A stretch of DNA of 33,567 nucleotides from a virus. Lineage: Duplodnaviria; Caudoviricetes. Positions 8,277 to 16,474 of this stretch are shown here, one piece after another. Position 1 is the first letter of the stretch. Every line of letters starts with the position of its first letter. The stretch covers positions 1 to 33,567 of IMG/VR virus record IMGVR_UViG_3300036982_000208; one strand, 5' to 3'. The position numbers were made by a program, and so were the translations under genes. The notes beneath the pieces are model-generated. The model saw nothing but the letters and a program-made list of their open reading frames with translations, was not told where the DNA came from and searched no databases.

Positions 8277-8992
8277 TTTGTTTTCTGGTTTGGTTTTCCT
8301 ATTGCTTCGGAAATCTGTTGCGCGGCTCCGACCATCACGAAGAACTGATCGGCGGCGGCTTGCTGGCGTTTGGCCGCGAGATACTTGCGTTTTGTTTTCC
8401 CAAGTTTCTCACGGTTGGCTTGGTAACGCTTGCGTCCATGCTCTGCAAGCTTCTCTGCGTTGGCTTCGCGATACTTGCGGACTTTCTCTGCGATCTTTTC
8501 ACGGTTGGCTGCATGATACTTGCGGTTCTTCTCTGCAAGCTTCTCTGCGTTGGCTTCGCGATACTTGCGGTTCTTCTCTGCGATCTTTTCACGGTTGGCT
8601 GCATGATACTTGCGGTTCTTCTCTGCAAGCTTCTCTGCGTTGGCTTGGTAACGCTTGCGTTGACGCTCTGCAAGTTTCTCACGGTTGGCAACGCGATACT
8701 CTCGTCCATGCTCTGCAAGCTTCTCTGCGTTGGCTTCGCGATAGTTGCGATTCTTCTCTGCAAGCTTTTCACGGTTGGCTGCATTATACTTGCGGTTCTT
8801 CTCTGCAATCTTTTCACGGTTGGCTGCATGATACTTGCGGTTCTTCTCTGCAAGCTTTTCACGGTTGCGCATTTTATCCGCGATATTTTCACGGTTGGCT
8901 TCGTAATGCTTGCGGCTTTCCTTGCGTCTTTGCTCCCGCCAAGCCTCCTGCTGCTCGGGTGTCCATGTGTCGAATGCTTTTGGCTTAGACAT
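8273..8992 (-). CDS. Basic 15-aa tandem repeat protein, 239 aa
   Basis: Ten units like AEKNRKYHAANREKI; start set at ATG 8992, downstream of a terminator-like hairpin. Confidence 0.85.
   Translation of the reverse strand: MSKPKAFDTWTPEQQEAWREQRRKESRKHYEANRENIADKMRNREKLAEKNRKYHAANREKIAEKNRKYNAANREKLAEKNRNYREANAEKLAEHGREYRVANREKLAERQRKRYQANAEKLAEKNRKYHAANREKIAEKNRKYREANAEKLAEKNRKYHAANREKIAEKVRKYREANAEKLAEHGRKRYQANREKLGKTKRKYLAAKRQQAAADQFFVMVGAAQQISEAIGKPNQKTK
8402..8851. repeat. 45-bp coding tandem repeat, 10 units
   Basis: Recurrent blocks such as TTCTCTGCAAGCTTCTCTGCGTTGGCT and TTTTCACGGTTGGCTGCATGATACTTGCGG at 45-nt period. Confidence 0.95.
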
Positions 8993-9016
8993 GAGGTAGT
9001 AAATGTTCTCGCCCAG

Positions 9017-9047
9017 AAAGCCCCACCCCGCTTGCGCAAGGTGAGGC
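9017..9047 (-). terminator. GNRA-capped hairpin, weak intrinsic terminator
   Basis: GCCTCACCTTGC-GCAA-GCGGGGTGGGGC followed by TTT. Confidence 0.55.
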
Positions 9048-9084
9048 GATGCATTGTGCATTTTCCTTCTGTCCCGAACAGAAA

Positions 9085-9771
9085 TTAGTATAGCGGCTCG
9101 TCGCCGAGTAGTGCCTGCAGCTCGAGCAGCCCGGCGACCAGTGCCGCGTCATCCGCCTTGTTGCCTGCCTGCGCCTTTGGCAGCCAGTTTTCGATCAGCG
9201 CAGTCACGCCTGCCTCATCGACCGATCCGAGCGATTTCCCCTTGTACTTGCCGATGTGTACGACGATCGACTCCCAGCCGGTCGGCGACTCAGCTTCTGG
9301 TGCAGGTGGCTTCGATCCATCTGCCTCGCGGTCACGGATCCGGATGTATTTTCCGCTAGCCTTGAGCGCCTTGTCCTTATCGGGCGACATGAACGAGATG
9401 TTGGCGTACGTCTTGTCGTCTACTTTCTCGTGTTGGATAATCAGCTTCACGCCAATTCCAATGATGTCTTCAAGATCAAACTCATCAAGTTCTGCCTCGG
9501 TCAGACTGCGACCCATCATCTTTTTTAAGTCTGCTCGCATTGCAGATTTTTCATGAAGTGATGGAGTGTAGCCTCTCGACCAAATGCAAAATCGGCGGTC
9601 GTTCTCTTCGTCCATTGCCTCGGTTTCAAACACGAGCCGGAACTCGTCTTTCTCGCCGTATTTTGTGACTCGTTTTTTCAATCCGGTGATGTCGACCAGC
9701 ACGGCCTTGATCGGGCCGTCCGTCTCCGGGTGCGGGGTGAATGTGCTGTTTCTTTTTTCGCTTAGTTTCAT
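9085..9771 (-). CDS. Putative ssDNA-binding/replication protein, 228 aa
   Basis: FTPHPE..IKAVLVDI..KYGEK..FRLVFE..YTPSLHEKS..TYANI pattern typical of phage SSB-like proteins; family not verified. Confidence 0.6.
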   Translation of the reverse strand: MKLSEKRNSTFTPHPETDGPIKAVLVDITGLKKRVTKYGEKDEFRLVFETEAMDEENDRRFCIWSRGYTPSLHEKSAMRADLKKMMGRSLTEAELDEFDLEDIIGIGVKLIIQHEKVDDKTYANISFMSPDKDKALKASGKYIRIRDREADGSKPPAPEAESPTGWESIVVHIGKYKGKSLGSVDEAGVTALIENWLPKAQAGNKADDAALVAGLLELQALLGDEPLY

Positions 9772-9802
9772 TGGTGTTATTTATGTTTATTGGGAGAGAA
9801 TA

Positions 9803-10027
9803 TTAGTCGCAGTCGCGCTCAGGTGGGCTTTGCAGAACCATGCAGCGCACCTCGTCAATCTCACGTTCGGTCAAATGCAGTGAGAGACCGTCGAATGCTG
9901 ATCGTGCATCAAGTATTTCTACCTCGGCATGCTCTGGCGGCTGCCAGTAGGTCGCGGCGACCGCTGGAGTGTACTGCACCTCAACGTCGATCTCGATCTC
10001 ACGGATGATGGTTACAATGGTGGTCAT
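9803..10027 (-). CDS. Small acidic early protein, 74 aa
   Basis: MTTIVTII...ATYWQPPEHAEVEI; ATGA overlap at 10024-10027. Confidence 0.75.
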   Translation of the reverse strand: MTTIVTIIREIEIDVEVQYTPAVAATYWQPPEHAEVEILDARSAFDGLSLHLTEREIDEVRCMVLQSPPERDCD

Positions 10028-10152
10028 AGGATGATAAGGATTGCGGTTGCTGCGATCGTGGCGATTGCCATTGCCAGCGTCAACCAACCGAGGCGGTTGA
10101 GACGTTGCCTGCGTCGGCGTTGGTAGAACTTGATCATGGATTTGTGGTTCAT
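10024..10152 (-). CDS. Small membrane protein, 42 aa
   Basis: Arg-rich N-terminus followed by hydrophobic LGWLTLAMAIATIAATAILIIL; ATGA overlaps on both sides. Confidence 0.65.
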   Translation of the reverse strand: MNHKSMIKFYQRRRRQRLNRLGWLTLAMAIATIAATAILIIL

Positions 10153-10226
10153 TGTTGGTACATGACTAGGACAACCAGCCAGATTGTGAGGTTGATGCCG
10201 ACGAAGATTGCGAGGGTGATTTTCAT
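10149..10226 (-). CDS. Membrane micropeptide, 25 aa (absent from ORF track)
   Basis: MKITLAIFVGINLTIWLVVLVMYQQ*; A/C-rich leader; stop overlaps next ATG. Confidence 0.6.
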   Translation of the reverse strand: MKITLAIFVGINLTIWLVVLVMYQQ

Positions 10227-10262
10227 GCTGTATTGGTGTTGGTATTGGTGTTGGTTGAATGA

Positions 10263-10279
10263 CGAGGGATCGAACCTCG
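10263..10279 (-). other. Isolated tRNA T-arm-like hairpin
   Basis: CGAGG-TTCGATC-CCTCG, a 5-bp stem with a 7-nt T-loop, intergenic. Confidence 0.6.
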
Positions 10280-10289
10280 GCTGAGTTAA

Positions 10290-10535
10290 TTAGGCAGCAA
10301 GGAAGATTGCTTGGGTGATTGTTTTTGCCCATACGCCAGCGGAATAGTCTGTCATGCTGTCGTGATTGTCATTGTGACGACGGACGCAGATGCAACAAAT
10401 GCTGTCGCTTCCTCCGTTGCGAAAATACTCAATCACGTATCTGCATCCGTCTTTCGATGCTTGAATCATTCCGTTATTTTCAGTAACGATAAATCCGGCT
10501 TTTGTGAGTTTTTTTGCTGCGTTGATCGTTGTCAT
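10290..10535 (-). CDS. First early gene, hypothetical, 81 aa
   Basis: ATG 10535 follows the leader CAACCAACACCAATACAAC downstream of the early promoter. Confidence 0.75.
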   Translation of the reverse strand: MTTINAAKKLTKAGFIVTENNGMIQASKDGCRYVIEYFRNGGSDSICCICVRRHNDNHDSMTDYSAGVWAKTITQAIFLAA

Positions 10536-10584
10536 GTTGTATTGGTGTTGGTTGTTGTTGGCGTTGCGTCGTGCAACTGAAAAG

Positions 10585-10613
10585 AACCTAGGCAATGCCG
10601 AATCAAATGAAAA
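10585..10613 (-). promoter_or_regulatory. Putative early promoter with operator-like palindrome
   Basis: TTTTCA-17nt-TAGGTT with an A-rich upstream region; TAGGCAATGCCGA at 10589-10601. Confidence 0.55.
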
Positions 10614-10705
10614 GACTTTTCTTCATTTATTTTTACGCAATGCGAGAAATCCTATATTCTACTAGGGACGCAGAGCAAAAATAATTTTCCCTTTAGCCTC
10701 AGAAA

Positions 10706-11281
10706 CTACTGAGTCGCTTGGAAATGTTGGGCATCATATCCCCATTCAACCCCACCAGAAATCCATCCTTCGCGGTAAAAACACTCGATGATTTCGAGCG
10801 GCATGTTTGACCTGATCGGCCATGCGTCTTTGAAGCCGTTAGTCGTCGGTGCAAGGTCGATTGCAGCACCGTACGCATGCAGCGACCATGTGCTGCCGCC
10901 ACGCTTTTGTCGGAAATTGTAGCACCCACCGAAGTCTGAAGCGATCCGCATGATTGTTGGATCGTCGCCGTGCCGCGATTGGATGTCCTCTAAGATCCGC
11001 ATCAGTGAGTGGGCGCAGTTTTCGTGTACTCGCGAGGTCAGCACCTGCTTGCCCTGGTAAAAAGTGGGAAAAGGAAACGTGATCTTGTCCAGGTTGTTTT
11101 CATTCCCTGGCGATCCGTAGAATGCTTTCAGTGCCGCCTGCGACTGTAGCGGCCATGGTGACGGGTTTGGCATCAGAGCATGCAGGTGAGCGCGACACGC
11201 CGCGATCGACCTCGGCCCCCAGAATCCATCCGGCTCGGTGCATACGCGCCTCTGCAGCGCCACGATCTCGCTATGCACCAT
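10706..11281 (-). CDS. Endolysin, peptidase M15 family, with short peptidoglycan-binding-like N-terminus
   Basis: GCYNFRQKRGG, SLHAYGAAID and DAQHFQ zinc motifs; N-terminal PDGFWGPRS. Confidence 0.9.
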   Translation of the reverse strand: MVHSEIVALQRRVCTEPDGFWGPRSIAACRAHLHALMPNPSPWPLQSQAALKAFYGSPGNENNLDKITFPFPTFYQGKQVLTSRVHENCAHSLMRILEDIQSRHGDDPTIMRIASDFGGCYNFRQKRGGSTWSLHAYGAAIDLAPTTNGFKDAWPIRSNMPLEIIECFYREGWISGGVEWGYDAQHFQATQ

Positions 11282-11283
11282 GA

Positions 11284-11472
11284 CTATTTAGTCGCGTGGT
11301 ACTCAACTTGGATCGCGCCGGTGACCGGCTCGTACTTAATGCGCCCGTGTTCGTTCATGAACTCAAATCCACCACTCGATGGAGCGCAGGATGTGCAGAG
11401 CGACATCAAAGCCACAATCGCACCGAGAGCGATGAGAATCCAGATGCCTGGTAGTGCTGAGTCCATGATCAT
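11284..11472 (-). CDS. Small lipoprotein-like protein in the lysis cassette (possible spanin-like), 62 aa
   Basis: Hydrophobic segment ending LCTSC; ATG 11472 overlaps the holin stop. Confidence 0.6.
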   Translation of the reverse strand: MIMDSALPGIWILIALGAIVALMSLCTSCAPSSGGFEFMNEHGRIKYEPVTGAIQVEYHATK

Positions 11473-11627
11473 TTGGCTTTGACGTTTAGGATTCCCATCA
11501 GCGCAAGGCCGACGACAAGAATGCTGTTTTGCAACTCTGGATCGAGCTGCAGACCGCAGGCCATGGCGATGGCGATCAGTCCGCGCCAAGTGGATTCTTC
11601 CTTCAATTTTTCGATGATTGCGTTCAT
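11469..11627 (-). CDS. Putative holin, 52 aa (absent from ORF track)
   Basis: MNAIIEKLKEESTWRGLIAIAMACGLQLDPELQNSILVVGLALMGILNVKAK: two hydrophobic segments and a basic tail. Confidence 0.75.
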   Translation of the reverse strand: MNAIIEKLKEESTWRGLIAIAMACGLQLDPELQNSILVVGLALMGILNVKAK

Positions 11628-11628
11628 G

Positions 11629-11817
11629 TTATTTCAGGTTTTTAGTGATGATAGAGATTGCCGATAAAGTCGAAACGATGATCGCGGTTACCAGCGCCAC
11701 GGTCTGCAACCACGGGTTGATCTCGGCAGGTACAATGTTAATAAATAGCCCGGCAATCGGTGCGCCAATACCGTAGAGAAATTTTGTGCCGAGGTCGGTC
11801 TGATCGAATGGATTCAT
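11629..11817 (-). CDS. Small two-TM membrane protein (holin/antiholin-like), 62 aa
   Basis: Two hydrophobic stretches; located in the lysis cassette. Confidence 0.7.
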   Translation of the reverse strand: MNPFDQTDLGTKFLYGIGAPIAGLFINIVPAEINPWLQTVALVTAIIVSTLSAISIITKNLK

Positions 11818-12134
11818 TATTTTGGTGTGGCTGTTGTGGTGCGAACGATTTTTGAAATTCTGAATCCTTTGGGGATGGTCGGTGCTGGTGGAACGATCAG
11901 CGTAGCAGACGGCTCGCTCTCGCCAGCAATGTTGCTGCCGGTCACGTTGACAGCAGTCCGAGCGTCAGGTATCTGGACTGTGATCTGCGTGTCGCTGGTC
12001 GATGCTATAGGTGATCCATTGACATAGAGCATGTAGCTCTCTGCATCGAGCGTAGCGTCCCATGCAAATGTCACCGTTCGCTCGGCTAGTGCAGAGGTGG
12101 CTAGCATTAGCATGACCAGCAGCACTCTCATCAT
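11817..12134 (-). CDS. Secreted fibronectin-III-like protein, 105 aa
   Basis: Signal peptide ending SALA; VTFAWD..SYMLY..VTGSNIAGESEPS FN3-like pattern. Confidence 0.7.
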   Translation of the reverse strand: MMRVLLVMLMLATSALAERTVTFAWDATLDAESYMLYVNGSPIASTSDTQITVQIPDARTAVNVTGSNIAGESEPSATLIVPPAPTIPKGFRISKIVRTTTATPK

Positions 12135-12502
12135 GGTTCTGGCTCTGGCGGTGGTTCGGGTGCAGGCGGTGCGATGTATACAAACGTCGTGCCGTCGAAG
12201 ACAATGTCTGACCGCCCAGCAGTTACAGGTGCGCGGGTAGAGAATGCTGGTACGTCCAGCGCGTCCAGCGATGAGTTGACCGCAGCACCCAGCGATGAGT
12301 TGAGCGCAAATGTAGCGAGCGTCGTTGGGATGTCTGCGTTGAGAGTCTCAAGCAACTGATCAGTAGGTGTTGCCCAAAACGCAGAGTTGGTACTGGTGAG
12401 CGTTACAGCTAGGTGATGCGTTGCTTGACCTGCTTGCAAGATAAGTGATTCCTTAGCGGCTTGGTTTGCTTCTGCTTCGGTGAGTTGGCGAATAATGGAC
12501 AT
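12131..12502 (-). CDS. Hypothetical protein following the tail fibre, 123 aa
   Basis: Pro-rich C-terminus; position typical of a fibre-associated protein. Confidence 0.75.
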   Translation of the reverse strand: MSIIRQLTEAEANQAAKESLILQAGQATHHLAVTLTSTNSAFWATPTDQLLETLNADIPTTLATFALNSSLGAAVNSSLDALDVPAFSTRAPVTAGRSDIVFDGTTFVYIAPPAPEPPPEPEP

Positions 12503-12512
12503 AATGTTAGCG

Positions 12513-14192
12513 TTATTTTGCGACCCAACCCGTGTTCGTGGCTGTGCCTGATTCTTTCACATATAAAGTGGTTCCTGTTCCGCCGTCTGTGCGAGTGTAA
12601 ATATCTCCAACTGATCCTAAAATTGTTGACTCTGGGGAACCCGTGCCCCTCTTGAAATTGCTAGCAGTGATGGCACTCACGATATTAAGCCCACCTGCCA
12701 TTGACAGCTCCATTAGAGTGGTTGCGTCATTATTGCATGACCAGCGAGTATGTGGCAGCGTCCATGTTGCTGCTGTTGCCACAGCACTGTAAATAAATCC
12801 CGCTACACGCTTAAAGCTGTCAGTGTCCAACCCCCGAAAAATAAAAGCCATCGACCGTCTAGTGGACGTTGGCGCGTTGCGCGACGAAATCCAATTATTT
12901 CCTGTCCCTCCTCCAGTGTCTAAAATTAAATCTCCAGTGGCAATAATTACTGATCGGGAAAGCCCGTTCTCCGTCCCACCAAGCATCGTGAGACTCGATG
13001 GAAAACTCTCAATAAAACTGACATTTCCAAAATTAACGGAATAAGCAGCTTTGGATGCTGAACCCATAAAAATCCGTTGCCCACTTAGCGTCGGGACTAT
13101 ATACAAAGCATTAGCTGAAACATTAATTGTATCGGTAGCAGTGAATGCATTGGCTGACGATAAGTACCGCGTATCCGCGTCGCCCTTAGTTATGAGGCTT
13201 TGTACATTTGCCGCCGCTAGTGTGCCAGTAGTCGCTGCACTTGTCGGGCGGGTGGTGCTGGTAAATTCATAGGCACTTGGCAGAGTGGTCGAGAGACTCA
13301 CCACGCCAGAGGTAACGTCGATAGGTGCTGTGCCTGTGACTGCTGTGCCGCCCGATCCATTTGCCGCTGTCGTCACACGTCCAGTGCTATCCACCGTGAT
13401 ATTCGCGTTGGTGTATGTCCCTGCTGATGTCGTTGCGGCCAAGCTGATCGCCCTGCCCGTGACAACCACAGGAGAAGTGCCGGTGTATAAAAATTCTTTT
13501 TGTACTTTGAGAGTTAAAGTAAAAGCTAAATTTGACGCAATTCTTAAAATGCAAATCGCAGGTCGAGTTGGCAAGATTGTGCCTGTACTATAACTAACGA
13601 ATCCCGTCCACCGCACAATGATCTCACTCGCTGATCGGGATATAAGCTCCGATTTGGTTAAGTTAAACCTGTGAGTAAATCCCCCGCCTGCAACACTTAA
13701 AAAATCGACGTGAACAACAGTCTCATCAAAGTCAAACGACTCGTAAAGTACAATATTTGTTGCAGTAGCAATCCCCGAAAATATACCTGTGCGAGCAACA
13801 GCAGAAACAACAGGTGTAGTCCATTCAACAACTCCTGTTGCGGTAAGAAAAGATCCGTTAAGGAATACACCACCAGAAAAGTGTATCTCGTCGTCGCATG
13901 GCTCATCCAGAGCTTTTGTCAACCTCCCCTGTGCATCCACTTGTACGAACGGAGCTTGATAAACCCCAGCCGTCACTGCCGTATTCGCCAGCGCGATTGT
14001 GCCTGTCGTCGTGACTGGCCCACCCGTCAGCCCTGTACCAGTGGCTACGCTGGTCACGGTGCCTCCGCCGCCAGCACCTGATGGCCCCGCTGGCCCACGC
14101 GCCCCGGTGGATACCGAGTAAGTTGTCGATCCTTCGCCTGTGATGACTGTCACTTGCGTTGATCCACTATTATTTACTATGACTGTTGCCAT
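12513..14192 (-). CDS. Tail fibre / receptor-binding protein, 559 aa
   Basis: GARGPAGPSG collagen-like triplets, GTVTSVATGTGLTGG, two AGxY...VDxxGR repeats, C-terminal GTGSPE...LYVKESGT..TGWVAK. Confidence 0.8.
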   Translation of the reverse strand: MATVIVNNSGSTQVTVITGEGSTTYSVSTGARGPAGPSGAGGGGTVTSVATGTGLTGGPVTTTGTIALANTAVTAGVYQAPFVQVDAQGRLTKALDEPCDDEIHFSGGVFLNGSFLTATGVVEWTTPVVSAVARTGIFSGIATATNIVLYESFDFDETVVHVDFLSVAGGGFTHRFNLTKSELISRSASEIIVRWTGFVSYSTGTILPTRPAICILRIASNLAFTLTLKVQKEFLYTGTSPVVVTGRAISLAATTSAGTYTNANITVDSTGRVTTAANGSGGTAVTGTAPIDVTSGVVSLSTTLPSAYEFTSTTRPTSAATTGTLAAANVQSLITKGDADTRYLSSANAFTATDTINVSANALYIVPTLSGQRIFMGSASKAAYSVNFGNVSFIESFPSSLTMLGGTENGLSRSVIIATGDLILDTGGGTGNNWISSRNAPTSTRRSMAFIFRGLDTDSFKRVAGFIYSAVATAATWTLPHTRWSCNNDATTLMELSMAGGLNIVSAITASNFKRGTGSPESTILGSVGDIYTRTDGGTGTTLYVKESGTATNTGWVAK

Positions 14193-14194
14193 TT

Positions 14195-14560
14195 TTAGAA
14201 AATGAGGTCAGGCTTGACTGCGAGCGTACCGATGAGCTGCACCTTTATGATGCCAGCCGCGTCGGTCGTCTCGAGCGCCCATGAGTAGATGCCGGCATCG
14301 ATCGTCAGGAGTCGATTCTCGACCGTTACTGACCAGAGGCGAGCGGTTGTCACGTTGAGTGTAATCTCGCCGCCCACGGCACTGCTGAGCGTCAACACGG
14401 CAGCGCCAGTGCTACCCTGTAGTTGGAATCGTGCCGATGACAGCACCGAGTCGTACTCAGTGCCGTCGGTCGAGTCGATGCGCCATGTTAATCCGTCCCA
14501 AGTTGTGCCTTTATAAGCACAGGGAAGCTCGATGGCAGGAGGCGATTGGCAGCAGCTCAT
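14195..14560 (-). CDS. Putative fibre adaptor (BppU-N-like beta sandwich), 121 aa
   Basis: KGTTWDGLTWRI..ARFQL..AGIYSWALE..GTLAV pattern immediately upstream of the fibre. Confidence 0.6.
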   Translation of the reverse strand: MSCCQSPPAIELPCAYKGTTWDGLTWRIDSTDGTEYDSVLSSARFQLQGSTGAAVLTLSSAVGGEITLNVTTARLWSVTVENRLLTIDAGIYSWALETTDAAGIIKVQLIGTLAVKPDLIF

Positions 14561-14569
14561 ATGTTTTCA

Positions 14570-15430
14570 TTAGACGTTGCCGAAAACAGTGATCTGGATC
14601 GCCGATGGGCCGGTAGGAGTGTACGTGTATGTCGTCTCAGCCAGACCCGGGACAAACATCGTGTTGCCGTTTGTGCCGATCGTAAACAGATCGTCGACGT
14701 TGCCATCCACCAAGAATGCTGACCCGTTAGTTTTGTACAACTCACCAGCGATGCTTGTCATTGTTGGAATAGTAGTGCCTTCAAAATCTTTTGCATCTCC
14801 ATCGTAAATCAGCACGCCTGTGGTTGCAGTTCCAGCGGTTGTGTTAGCCGACGTGGCAGCAGCCGTGATGCCTGTGGCTGTGCCTGTAGCGATTGCGACG
14901 TTCAGCGTAGCATCTGTCGCCGGATGAACATGATGCGTGATGTCGCCTGATACAACGTAGGTTGGTTTGCGAGTCAAGATGATCGCGGTCGTCGTTCCAT
15001 TCACCGTGAAGCGACCACCCACATCGGTGTCGGCAGCAAGCGCTGTCCGAACCTTGGCAGCCCATAAAGTTGGAGTGTCAGCATTAGCAACAGCAACCGA
15101 AATGGCTTTAGGCGATCCGGTCATGCCAGCGGACGTTACAGTGATGGTGGCGTCACCTGCAGCCGACACAGTACCGGCTGCGGTCGCCGTCTCAACTTGT
15201 GCAGTGCCAGCAACGTATGCAGTCGAGCCGGTTGTTGATCCGGTCAGGCGATTTAGGCTTAGGACATTGCCCGAGGCCGAGAAGAATGCCTGCAGCGAAT
15301 ACGCAACGGTAGCCGTCAGCGTGGTGATTTCTGGATTCGCTCCGATCTGCACCGTGCCGACCACATTCGTGCTGGCTGGGATGGCTTTGCAATTTAATCC
15401 AGTGGTGGCTTTGATGTTACTGAGGTTCAT
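14570..15430 (-). CDS. Thr/Ala/Gly-rich putative virion structural protein, 286 aa
   Basis: Composition; preceded by a TTTGACA motif like other structural genes. Confidence 0.7.
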   Translation of the reverse strand: MNLSNIKATTGLNCKAIPASTNVVGTVQIGANPEITTLTATVAYSLQAFFSASGNVLSLNRLTGSTTGSTAYVAGTAQVETATAAGTVSAAGDATITVTSAGMTGSPKAISVAVANADTPTLWAAKVRTALAADTDVGGRFTVNGTTTAIILTRKPTYVVSGDITHHVHPATDATLNVAIATGTATGITAAATSANTTAGTATTGVLIYDGDAKDFEGTTIPTMTSIAGELYKTNGSAFLVDGNVDDLFTIGTNGNTMFVPGLAETTYTYTPTGPSAIQITVFGNV

Positions 15431-15461
15431 AAAGTTTTCTTGTTCAGTTTTATTCGCGATG

Positions 15462-15602
15462 TCAAACAGATGGTGGGTTCAAAGCCGAGTCGCAACACCC
15501 TGACACTTTTCGGACAGTTGGCGGGTGGGCCTTGTTGGCTAACTCAAACAAAGCCTTAGCTGATGCCTCATTGTTTTCCCCGGCTTCGATGCATGAGTCA
15601 AG
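15462..15602 (-). pseudogene. Headless 46-codon ORF remnant ending ...VSGCCDSALNPPSV
   Basis: Open frame with no ATG; in-frame TGA immediately upstream; its stop overlaps TTTGACA as in terL and portal. Confidence 0.4.
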
Positions 15603-15643
15603 TCATTTAAAAAGAATGGCCGCGTTAAAAGTTAATGGTTAAG

Positions 15644-16153
15644 TTAATAGAAAGTCTCCAAACAGGTATATGTGTATCTTTCACCGTAATTAGGATCCGA
15701 AAAAAAATTACGATCAATTACTATTTTTGATAAATCCGCTGTGAGTATGTAATCAGGAGAGAAATAAGGGGCAAGGATATACCATTTACTACGATACTTA
15801 AAAAAAATAAATGCGTAAAAGGCAAATACATTAGGCGTGTAAGAATCAGCATGAGGACTATACAATGATGGTTGTAGAGCGTATCTATCTAAATTTGCAA
15901 AAGGAAGATTAGTATAAAATAACGCAAGCCCATCTTTAATAGCCGAGGTCGCTGTGGATGTAAACTCGGTCACGCTTCCAGAATAATTATCCTCTTGTTT
16001 ATAGTGAACAACTTTCACATTGAATTTCCAAAGAGCAAATACATCGATAGACGTTTCAACTACAGGGTTCAGGGCACTCACATCTGCAAAAAATTCATCA
16101 GATACAGACGAATACTCATCACCAACAGGAGCCATTAAACATATGTCAGACAT
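15644..16153 (-). CDS. AT-rich hypothetical tail-tip region protein, 169 aa
   Basis: Abuts the upstream gene; Tyr/Phe-rich; markedly lower GC. Confidence 0.7.
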   Translation of the reverse strand: MSDICLMAPVGDEYSSVSDEFFADVSALNPVVETSIDVFALWKFNVKVVHYKQEDNYSGSVTEFTSTATSAIKDGLALFYTNLPFANLDRYALQPSLYSPHADSYTPNVFAFYAFIFFKYRSKWYILAPYFSPDYILTADLSKIVIDRNFFSDPNYGERYTYTCLETFY

Positions 16154-16474
16154 TTAAGCGGGTGGTAGTGCTTTAAAGTCTTGAGAAGCCGTAAGTTTAA
16201 TCGTGCCAACTACTCCGTCCTTCCAGCAGTAAAACTCAATAGAGACAAGCGTGCCGGTCAGAGAAATCTTTCTGCCAGCGTGACCGCCTTGCCCGGTCGT
16301 CTTTGACTCAGCCAGCGCCAGACCACTGCTGTGTGCTTCCGTATTAACCTCGAGGGCCGCATAGACAAAGTCTTGCATCAAGTCCTTTGCGGAGATGCGG
16401 TACGGGTAGCCAGCCCCACCGACTGCTGGTGGAATCTTCGCCTTCTCTGAAAAATCTACTGGTATTTTAGGCAT
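16154..16474 (-). CDS. Putative minor tail protein, 106 aa
   Basis: 8-nt overlap with the upstream gene; position after the tape measure. Confidence 0.7.
   Translation of the reverse strand: MPKIPVDFSEKAKIPPAVGGAGYPYRISAKDLMQDFVYAALEVNTEAHSSGLALAESKTTGQGGHAGRKISLTGTLVSIEFYCWKDGVVGTIKLTASQDFKALPPA

Noticed and set aside
8194-9088. Long ORFs in three other frames over the 45-bp repeat, and possible CRISPR array
   Set aside because: Stop-free repeat units keep several frames open. Units are contiguous with no unique spacers and no cas genes are present. Only the 8273-8992 frame has ATGA coupling.
10240-10300. tRNA gene
   Set aside because: Only a T-arm is present; no acceptor, D or anticodon arms.
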